Source: Asterias rubens
Lineage: Eukaryota
Assembly (NCBI RefSeq): GCF_902459465.1
Contig: NC_047069.1
Location: 17,174,001-17,238,000, forward strand
Reading direction: 5' to 3'
DNA length: 64,000 nt
The notes beneath the pieces were generated by a model that did no database searches, was not told the DNA's origin, and saw only the letters and a program-made list of their open reading frames with translations. The position numbers and the translations under genes are program-made. The stretch's first letter is position 1, and the number at the start of each line of letters is the position of its first letter. Below are positions 23,901 through 34,613 of this stretch, piece after piece.

Positions 23901-26900
23901 GTAAAAAAAAAAGAGCGAAAGTAACATAAATTAACATCTTTAAAAAATATTTAAAAATTAACATGAGAATTGATGATTGGTGAATTATTATTAGTGCTTC
24001 TCTCGAGGATCGAAGTTAAATATCACAAATCAAATATCAAAAGAAAATATTAAACATAAGTTTACTAAAATACAAACTTTTAACAAACTATATGTTTCAG
24101 CAGTATGACACCGTAAGCATTTCAAAACCTTTTGTTCAGCACAAAAATAACCACAAATCTAGAGAAAAAATATTAGTATTAAAAATAATTCAAAGTCCTG
24201 CTCCCCAAGCTGGTTTTCTCTCCAGAATCCTTAGTTGAAAAAATTAACCTGTTAGTTTCAAAACTTGTACAAACTACAGGTTTCAAAAGTTTGATGAAGG
24301 GATTTCATTAAATTAATCAGCGAAAATGTTCACAAACCTACCAAAAATATTGCAATGAAAATATTTTTCACTAAGTCTGGTGATCCCCCCCTCCTTGGCT
24401 GTAAAATTAATGTATTTAATCCATATTCCTTCAAAGGACCTTAAAAAGTTACATACCTTGCCAGTCGTTGCAGACCAGACCTTGAGTGTGTTGTCGTCAG
24501 AACCACTGACAATGCGCTGACCGTTGAATTGTAAGCAAGTGATCACATGATCATCATGTCCCTTCAATACCTTAAGAATTAAGGAAAACAGAGAAAACCC
24601 ATTAATACTTGATTTATGCAATACAGCTTCAAAACCAATAGTACTCTAAGTTAATTGGGAATGAACAAACAAGTGCAACAACCTTGTTCTATGAGTCAGA
24701 ACCTTAAAATTTCTAACAAAATTTAACGTTAAAACAAAATACAATCCCTCAAGTGCAAATGAGATAATTTTGCCACTTTCACCTTTAGAGAGTAGAGCAT
24801 CAACTCAGAATTCTTATGCAGGCCTTGAAATAACCTAAAGAAATTGCTGGGCATCCGGGGTTCCAATACAAATTTACACTTTCCTCAAAGAAGTGCCCCT
24901 TATAAGAGAGAAATTGCTCTGCCCCTTCAAGAATGAAATTCAAGGCCTGCTTATGAATATCTTACTTAAAGGCAGTGCACACTATTGGTAATTGTCAAAG
25001 ACTAGCCTTCACAGTTGGTGTATCTCAACATATGCATACAATAACAAACCTGTGAAAATTTGAGCTCAGTCTGTCATCGAACTTGCGAGATAATAATGAA
25101 AGAAAAAAACACCCATGTCACACGTAGTTGTGTGCGTTTAGATGGTTGATTTCGGGACCTCAAATGTGAGGTCTCGAAATCAAATTCATGGAAAATTGCT
25201 TCTTTCCGAAAACTATGGCACTTCAGATGGAGCCATTACTCTCCCCATTACTCGTCACCAAGAAAGATTTTGTGCTAAAAATTATTTTGAGTAATTACCA
25301 ACAGTGTCCACTGCCTTTAACTGGTTGGAGACTGTACTGTTTTTATTCCACAACTTACCTTTGGTTGTTTGATATCTGCAAACCTCCAGTTGTATTCAAT
25401 CTGATGCTGTCTGAGGTACATACTCTTCCACGGGCTGCGCGGCACGCCGGAATTAGAACGCCTCCTTGTCTGTTTACCATTGACTTCATCAATACCGGCC
25501 TCTCGGCACTTCTCTTTCCAGAGGAGGTTATCCTCACAGAGGATTCTCCAGTAGTGGCAAGTTTGGGCCGCGCGAAGGAGATCACGAGGCTCCAGGAAGG
25601 ACAGCACATAAAGAGCAAGCTGTTGGGAAGGAAGAGTTGGGAACCATAAGGAGTGTTGCGAATTTCGTAGGTTCGAATCCCACCCGAGTCATATGCGTTT
25701 GATTTCTTTTCACAGAACTCGGGAAAGTACTGAGTATACAGCACATATAGAGCAAGCTGTTGGGAAGGAAGAGATAGGAAACATATGGAGATGTGTTGGA
25801 AATGTGGTGGGTTTGAATCCCACCCAAGTAATATACCTGTGATTTTTCTCACAGAACTCAGGAAAGTACTGAGTATACAGCACATATAGAGCAAGCTGTT
25901 GGGAACTGAAGAGTTGGGAACCATAAGAAGGAGTGTTAAGAATTTCGTGGGTTAGGGTGCTGTAGTTTTTGAGAAATGAGTAAAACAATGTCATGAAAAT
26001 ACGTTTTTACAAGCTGAAGTAATTTTTCGTCTCATGATCACTGAGACAAAGAATATTTTCATGACATTGTTTTACTAATTTCTCAAAAACTACAGCACCT
26101 CAGCAAGTAATATTTTCCGGGAAGCTTTCTACTGTCATTATCTTAACAAACTGCGCCAGTTTAAAGTAAATCTGTGGACATTGCGTTTTTTGTCACAAAA
26201 AAAAATTACAAAAATACATAGACCCTTTAAGCACTTCTATGAGATTGGGCTCAGGTCTTATAGACGATGTGACCTCTGACGTCACACGAAAACCATAACA
26301 TGATTTGCGCGCATACCGCCGGGCAAAACCTTTGTGTTTTGGCAGCCAGCTAGAAAGTGTACGTAATCTTACTATGACTACGCAACTCAGTGCCCGGCGA
26401 AACATGACGTATATAGTGTTTTGTCAACAGAGGGCGGTTTGAATGTAAACATAGGTCACATCGTCTATACTACAAAATGGGACATGACACATTCTGTGTC
26501 TACAATCATGAAGTTGTTTTACCTCTCGAGGTAACAGCGATATGAAGTCTCTCTGGAACTGTGGTTCAATGATGGACATAACATGTCTGACCAGCGTGGG
26601 TTCACAATGGTTGATTAGCTCATCCAGGGCCAGTCTTTGCTCAGGTACATTCCAGTTCTGCTGAATAGAACACGATGGAACAAGAATTTTGTATACAGGC
26701 ACCTAAGGTATACTTCAAGGCATGGTATTAATGAGTAGGGTCGATGGCCTTAGCTTTGGTTCCAAACGGGACCTTCTTCAGAGGCATAAACAAGTACAAA
26801 CAAAACTTCAAGGCATGGTATGCTATGCTCTTTTGAGAAATAACTCATTAGAAACACCTACAATAATACTATTAAAACTTCAATGAAAAACATGCCAAGC

Positions 26901-29900
26901 CCAATTTCGTAAGCCTTTTTGAGGTATGGTGGACACTATAGGAGTGCACTGTTTTGGGGGTCTACAGAAAAATTTACCAAAACCAGATAGTGTCATGCAG
27001 TACTGTGTCCACCATTCCTCAAAATGGCTGATGGCCCTGTTTACTACACTATTGGTAATTACTCAAAACATTTATTAGCATAAAACCTTTCTTGGTAACG
27101 AATAATGGGGGAGAGGTTGATAGTATAAAAACATTGTGAGAAACGGCTCCCTCTGAAATAACGTAGTTTTCGAGAAAGAAGCAATTTTCCACGAATTTGA
27201 TTTCGAGACCTCAGATTTAGAATTTGACGTCTCAAAATCGATGAACTGAAAGCGCAAAACTCCGTGTGACAAGGGTGTTTTTTCTTTCATTAATATCTCG
27301 CAACTTCGACGACCGATTGAGCTCAAATTTTCACAGGTTTGTTATTTATGCACATGTTAAGATACACCAAGTGAGGAGATTGGTCTTTGACAATTACCAA
27401 TAGTGTCCAGTGTCTTCAAAGACCCTTAAAAAAGCATCACACTACAGGCCATAAGCACAAAATTCTGTGGTCAAATGTCTTCTTTAAGGCTTTATTAAAT
27501 CTGTCCTTCACTTATTGAATCCCTGTGAGTCCATACTCTGAGTCCTACCCGTTCATCACCAGAAAATATCTAACTACAAACAGACTACAAAAGAGAGACC
27601 TTGTAATGCATTTTTACCTGGAACGTTTTGAGCCATTCGTTGAGGTTGGGAGGTATTTGAAGCCTTGAGGACAGACGTCTTCTGGGTGTCTCGATGTTGT
27701 CTTGTTGGTATTGGGCAACTCGGGACGAGTTGAATTTCAGTGGGCTATTGCTACCCGGCAGGATTGATGTAGAGGTGGGTGATAAGTGCCTGAAAGGAAA
27801 AAAACAAAATGAGTAAATCAAGAACACATTTTACTTTATTTTTTTTTACCACATGAGGGCACAGCTTTCAACAGCAAATTTCAGCGTGTCACAATCAATG
27901 TATGTTATTGGGACTGCCTGTATGCTATTTTCAGGCATATTAGGTCCTTTGAAAATAGTAGGAAAATTGTATTTAGTAACAAGATCTGTTTTTTTAAAGA
28001 CTTTTCAATCTACTATCACAGATTTTCAGATTTTTGTCAAGGGCAAAATAATCCCCAGAATTTAGAATAAAGTAGGAGGAATATTTATCTTGGTTTTTAC
28101 CCTTACATCAATGTTTAAGGATTTATCTATCTATTAGTACTTTCCCCAAGTTCTGTGAAAAAAATCAAAGGCATATTACTGGGATGGGATTTGAATCCAT
28201 GACCTTTCTTACCAACTAGACCACTGAGATTGCCCGGTATAGCTAGAGGCAGTTCAATTCAAATCCTACATTATTTTTTAGCAGCATGTACCACAATGTT
28301 TCCAACTGCCTCTAGCTTACCGACAATCTCGGTGGTCTAGTGATACATGTTATATGAAACATATCTCTTTACACGTTCACGTATGTAATGTAATTATATC
28401 TGAAATGTAATATCTCTCTACACTTTCAACCAGTATTTAGGGCAAAACGGCTTATCTCCGCACTTGCTTTTCTCAAAATGTAATGTAACTGTTTTGCTAT
28501 GTAGGGTCCGTACAGCTCTGTGTATCAATAAATGGCTTTTCATCCTACCTAAGATTGAGACTATCATGAGGTCTGCAGAGTCTCTTGGTGGGTGAACTCC
28601 CCTTCTGGGTCCTTTCCTCCGCTGGCTCAGATGGCTTCCGCTTGATGCACTGTGAAGCGAGAGAACAACAAATTTCAGGAGTCAAATTTGCACAAAATGC
28701 AGGGCTCGAACTCTTCAATGCTCTACTGGTCTCAGGCAAGTGATTTCAGTGTTGGACTTGTAAGCTCAATACAGGACAAGTCCAGTAGACTTCAAAAACA
28801 AAAAAAATTATTAAACATTTTTTTCTGAAAGAATGATGTCCAATGAGTTTGTGTCTCACAAATACTTTCAAAGCTGCTTGGTTTCACCCATAAAACAGAA
28901 GAATTTTTATTTTTTTATTTTAGTGTTTTATTCAAATGAAACAGCTTAGATGATAAAAACGAGTTCCTATTTTGAATCTAGTCTCCTTTCATGTTGATCC
29001 TGGTCTTGTAAATAAAATCCAGGTCCAGATTCTGAGCTGAAAGTCCTCCGGTCTTTTCCCAAAAAATTTGAGCTCTGTATGCCATAATCACAACATGAGG
29101 CAGCTGATCCGCAATAAAGCCACAGAAGAATCTACAATACCTTCCTTAATATTATGGTGTGATTGGCAGCATATTGCGTCACAGCACCTTGTAAACCATT
29201 ACATGGTGCTATGTTTAAAAGGAGTAGATCTCATAATTCAAACATAGTCTAACATAGAAACAAATGTGTTTAGCGCCTAATAAATGTTGTGTATTATTAT
29301 TACTACTTACAGATTTATTTAAGGTACTTGATGACGTTGCCGACGATGACGCAGTTGATGAACTAGATGCCCTACTGCTATCACGTAACGATACTCCCGG
29401 ACCAGGGGAGCATGAGTCCTCAGTATCTATCGACACTTTGTTTCTCCTCGTTGCCCTACCACTATATGGTGGGGTTGAAAACTTATGAAGTATAGCAGCA
29501 GAACATCCTTGTCGTCTGCTGGCTTTACCATGTCTACCCTGAGATCCGATAGAGCTTGCCTTAGCTGCATTTAAGATCGACTTTCGGGCACTAGTTCTGG
29601 CCCTGACCGGGCTAGCATTTGACCGCCTGGCACTGGCACTAAAAGAAGTTGTTGGGGTTCTCGCAGTGGGTTTGATTCCACTAGGGCCAGCACTCATGCT
29701 GTGCTTTGGTCCGCTGGTGCCTGTCCTGAGGCTGCTGGAGCTCGCTTTGGATCCAATGGTTGGGCAGGAGCTGGACCCGGCAGCATGCCTGTTTGAATGT
29801 AGCGAAGGGGTAGTGGACGAAGCATGACTGGTGTACGTGCCACAAGAAAGCACATTGCTGTTTTGATCGATGACACTGTTGCCTATCCCGGGGACTGATG

Positions 29901-31184
29901 TCAGATCTTGTACACTGCTGAATCCATTAATACTCTTCAAATAAAACGAAACAAAAGAATTATGACATGCTGGTGGGTAGTAATAGTATACATAGTTTTA
30001 CAAACAACTTTTCACAAACGCCTTAAAAATACAAATTATTAGGTCTTTATGCTTCTGAATGAGGACAAAAGAAATGGATTTTACACTTTAGGAGAGGGAT
30101 ACAGCTTTTTCATGAGAAACCACTCAATCATGAGGCCACTCAATCATTCGATCAATCAATCACATAATATGTTATATCTTGACAAGATTTTACAAAAATA
30201 TTGGTTAGATTTCAAAGAGCCATTCACATTTCATACGGGTCGACGAAATCAAAATTGTTTACATGTAAGAATTGAAGAACAAAAACAATATACAAATATT
30301 GAGTGTCTCAGAGTGGAATGGGAGGAATATTATCGCAAGGTAAAATTTAGACTGTTCTATTTCAAGAGGCGAAATGGAACAGTCCAAATTTTACCGAGCG
30401 ATAATATTCCTTCCATTCCACGAATTAAAGCCACTCAATGTTTGTTTTATATAACTGACATATAGATCCATGTCATTTCATGTATTTTAAAAGTATAACA
30501 TTATGAAAAATCACACAAAAATTAATTACTGACAACCAAAAATCGGATCACAACCTTTTGCACAGGTGCTCCTTTGTTTTAGCAGTGGCGCGGCGGCGCT
30601 GTACTGCTCAAAAACATTGGGAACAAGGATGATCCAAACTGTTGAATGGGAAATGCTATTTTCGTGGGCGAATAGGTCTTTTTGATCGCCGATGCGGATG
30701 GGAGTAATAGTGAATGTCACGTGAAGTAAGTTACACCAATCAAATGACAAGGATCTGTATGTCAGTTATATAATAAAATTTATGCTATGTTCAATGCCAA
30801 CATTTGTCATCAATAAATGAATGCAAAGCTTTAGTACTCAAAATGTTCTGGGCCAAATATCATAGAGCTGCTTAATTGTGTGCTTAAAAGCACACAATTT
30901 ACTAAGCATCAAACAGTTTTGCCTACTGGAAGACAGTTTATTACCAGCTCAGTTGTATGTGCACAGTTTGTGACTGGTTACCTGCTTAACTTTGCTAAAA
31001 GCAGAAATTGTTTTAAAGCAATATTTTTTGTTTAAGTAGCTCTATGAAATTGGGCCCAATTTGGTACAATGTAGCTCACCTGACGCCTCTCCACAATGGC
31101 TTCAGCCCGGGCTTTCCCTACGCCCAATAAGGTGGCCAACTCATCCACTTTGGCCGAGTTGATGTCCACCCTTCGGCCAGACAT
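20984..31184 (-). CDS. FBXW7: F-box/WD40 repeat protein 7 with a predicted N-terminal HhH domain, 801 aa as joined
   Basis: Exons (minus strand): 31184-31080, 29934-29311, 28649-28549, 27789-27618, 26657-26523, 25619-25359, 24570-24457, 23870-23689, 23115-22890, 22454-22244, 21258-20984. All junctions are GT-AG with matching phases; total 2406 nt. Near-identical to FBXW7 in the D-domain (EWLKTFQNW...LALDELI), F-box ([18 protein letters not shown]) and WD40 repeats ([15 protein letters not shown] ... [13 protein letters not shown]). The core is certain; attachment of the first two exons is inferred. Confidence 0.95.
22014..22160. mobile_element. MITE with taggactag-rich interior (related copies at 40700-40817, 41030-41190 and 46830-47005)
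   Basis: TIR ggggtggatttcacaaagag / cttgtgaaatcaacccc. Confidence 0.7.
26259..26469. mobile_element. Small MITE next to an FBXW7 exon
   Basis: TIR tatagacgatgtgacct / aggtcacatcgtctata. Confidence 0.75.
30445..30778. mobile_element. MITE in FBXW7 intron
   Basis: TIR ttttatataactgacatatagatccatgtcattt / aaatgacaaggatctgtatgtcagttatataataaaa. Confidence 0.75.
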
Positions 31185-33639
31185 CTTACACACAACACGT
31201 TATGTCAATCCTGAACTGTTGTACATACTGCCTGATGGGTTTACACTGTGAAGTGGTTACACAAGCTCACACATGGATGGTCTAGTGAACTGTACAATGG
31301 GTTCAGACATCCTCATCTGTAAAAGAAGTGAAAAAATATACATATAAAATACAATTCAAATTTGTCTCTTTTTCCTTGTAGCCTGAAATCTTCCCATGTT
31401 CTGGTAAAGGGGTTTTCCCACCAAACTCCTACAATCTACTCTGGCACAGAATGACAATAGTGAAACTCAACCTCTAGGCCTTGCCAAATACCCATTGGAA
31501 ATTGTTACATGTAAATGTTATCTTTTTAAAAACTTATTTACAATCACATACATTTCTAGTAGATGTAAAGTTGTACACTTCCTGGTTGTTATTCATTGGT
31601 TAGAACATGAATACAGAAAACGACCAGAATACTACCCAATTCAATTGATAACCATTTTTTGCATTTATTCCATAAGTTATTTTGGTTGGCCCACAGTTTG
31701 CAACAGCTCATTATATTTTCTCAATTGGTAAAGGCTTATGTTTTGGAACATGGTATAAACAGGGACTGAATAGCCTGAAGTGTTCGCCTTTGAGCATGTA
31801 GGGAATCCCAAAGTCAATCTTACTTGACTTTGGCAACAGTTATGCAGTAACTTTGTTCTGATAGTTAGTTATTATAAATAATAGGTTGTCACACATATAA
31901 AACAGCAAATACATGTAATATTAATACATGTTATAATACAATCTTGAAAATTGATTAAATTGAAGGATATGTAGTGTGAAGGAAACAGAATATGTACTTT
32001 CCGGCTCAGACATTGTCCAGTGTATGCAAAACCATTTCCTGGTTTTTGTTTAATTAACCATAATGGCCCTTTCTAAAAAAAAAAAAAACACTTCACAAAG
32101 GAAACAGTCACAGGATTGTGTGAAAATCTAAACATGTCAACTTGTTTTATCCAGTAGGATTTGAAACTTTGCATGGTGGAAATACGATCTAAAAAGGTTT
32201 GCGGTAACACCATGTAATGACTATCCCCTAGGCCTACTCATTAGAGATAGTTATTACATGGTGTTACCGCAAACCTTTCTATATTGTTTTATCCACCCAC
32301 AAAATATAATCAATTTACTTTTAACTATAACAAAATCAACAAAATATTTGTGACAATTATGTTGATAGCCCCCCCCCCCCTTTAAAAGTTTAGGTCATTT
32401 GTAATTGTGCCATAGACCTCTGACTATTTGACTTAATGGGTCATTTAGTGACTTGATATCCAATCAAAATACAATTCTCTTGAAGAATTGTACATTTGTT
32501 GAGACCATTGAGTTAAGATGAAGGGTACAATTTGAAACAAACCTTCGTTTTTTTGACCAAAGTTGGGGATTCATTTTTTAGGAGAGTTAAAAAAAAAAAA
32601 AAAATAATAGTAATTTACAGAAGAAAAGCTCATGTAAAATAATCTAATGCGCGCCATTCTCCGTCGTACAAGTCAAAAATGAAGCCCATGGCTCCATGAG
32701 TTTTGACGCGATTTTCTCATGGATTAATAATCTTCACTTTGACTCAAAGGGAAGAACATTAATTCACCGATAATATTAATAATAACTGGACATTTTCTTT
32801 ACAAAGGTTAGTGAGGAACATTTAATTACCGTGAAATATAATCAGTGTCGACAAGATCGACAACAAGGATTAAAAAAAAGGAACTAAGCTAGCCGCTAGC
32901 CACTAGATTAGACCCAGTAACTGGGGCGCTGTATTCCTTTCTCAAAATTTTGACATTTTCTGTCACAGTAAAATGACAGAAAATGTCAAAATTTCGAATA
33001 TGCCTTTTTCGAAATATTGACATTTTCTGTCATAGTAAAATAACAGAATATTTCGAAAAAGGAATGCAGCGCCCAAGTTACTGGGTCTACCACTAGATAG
33101 GATTATTGTAATTTTTACTAAAAATTGTCATGATTGTTGTAGGAAAACACAAACCCCCAAAAAACCAAACCAAACAAAAGTTATTTAAAATAAAAAAAAC
33201 GTAGGCCTAATATAATTAATTATTAATCAAATGGAACAAGGAAATGGGGAACACAAATTCACATGCAAGAATCCAGCCCGTACAGGATCCACGGCACAGA
33301 CAGGTGTGAAAATATGATACAATACAATTTGTCATATAAAACGGGACAATTCACGACCGGTGGTGACTGCGCGTACACACGGATGTTGTGAATGGATGTT
33401 GAATCGTCGTTGAATCCACGGTCACGAAGCAGCAGAGTAACTGAACACGCTGAAAATCACTTTATTTGTACCGCAAAAACATAATATTCAGATTAATTGT
33501 AAGAATTACTTGAATACTGATATTCCCGTTTTGTTAACAAATACAAATCACGATCATACAGTATTTAAGAAAGACATAATACGAATAAAAGAATGAGTAG
33601 CTACCGTACCAACTGAGAAGTTAAAGCTCGTTTCTCCGT

Positions 33640-33700
33640 CCATCAGACAAGCAGGTCGCCATTTTTAATGGGGAGTCACGTCACGTCTTAACCTCGTTCA
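33640..33700 (-). promoter_or_regulatory. Probable FBXW7 promoter core
   Basis: YY1-type AAAATGGCG (cgccatttt at about 33657) next to GTCACGTCACGT (CRE/E-box-like), upstream of the 5' exons and oriented toward FBXW7. Confidence 0.45.
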
Positions 33701-33925
33701 AACTCTTTTTTCTATTGATAAATTATACATTCGTAAAGACATAATATTGCAAAATTTAAGTTAATTTATTATAATTATAGTAAACAAGTATATTTAATTT
33801 GATTAGATATGCAAACATATTTTAACTTATAATAACTATAGCTTCAAGCTAGTTTGAAGTTTTATGAAAATACACTTAATATATTTAGGTATATATACAA
33901 CAATTTTCCACTTACATACATCGAA

Positions 33926-33997
33926 GGGGTTGTAGCTCAGTGGTAGAGCGCGCGCTTTGCATGCGCGAGGCCCCGGGTTCAATCCCCGGCAGCTCCA
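33926..33997 (+). tRNA. tRNA-Ala (anticodon TGC)
   Basis: 72-nt cloverleaf GGGGTTG...CAGCTCCA with the G3:U70 alanine identity pair, D-arm GCTC/GAGC, anticodon stem CGCGC/GCGCG with loop TT-TGC-AT, and T-loop TTCAATC. A T-run terminator lies at about 34017. Confidence 0.95.
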
Positions 33998-34461
33998 GTG
34001 ATAGTTTATAATCTATTTTTTTTTTTTACATGAAAACATACACAGACAGTAAATTTCAAAGTTTTTTTGGGGTCAATAGTACAACTCAAAATGTTATCTT
34101 GGTCTTTTTATTATAAAAGCATTTTGTCTTCCCCACAGCAGAATTGTAGTTGATGTGATTTGTTGTCATTTTAGCCTTATATTACTGCTACAGTCAAGAG
34201 GTCAGTTGATATATACATGTACCGGTATAAAGCTATTCAGTAGTACAATTCACTGAATTTGTTAATAATTAATAATGCTGAAAGAGCGGAACACCTGCCA
34301 AAAGTAGTATAATTGTAACCGGTTTGTGCTATTAATAAGCAATACATTCTTTCTGGCTGCACAAAGCAAATTTATGTGGTCAACAGCTTTTTGAGATTGG
34401 AAAGCAGCGGTTTGCAACAATAGTCACAAACCTTATGTGCTCATTCATGTACCCAACTCTA

Positions 34462-34613
34462 AAGGCCGAGTTATAGTCGGTCGCGCGATGGTCGGGCGTC
34501 GGAAACCTTGACGCGCGATCATAACAAGACATGGTTTTTAGGCCTCAGTCTTAGGATTGCGCGCAAGTCTTCCGTCGCGCGACCATCGCGCGACCGACTA
34601 TAAACCGGCCTTA
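34462..34613. mobile_element. CpG-rich hairpin MITE
   Basis: TIR aaggccgagttatagtcggtcgcgcgatggtcg / cgaccatcgcgcgaccgactataaaccggcctt. Confidence 0.8.

Noticed and set aside
25355-25994. 189-aa and 94-aa ORFs overlapping FBXW7
   Set aside because: Composite of the duplicated acceptor, SINE fragments and an alternative frame of the real exon.
28650-28739. Alternative FBXW7 start (MPETSRAL...) upstream of the IKRK exon
   Set aside because: Begins with TTG rather than ATG, and a good acceptor (tcgcttcacag) lies at 28650; treated as intron.
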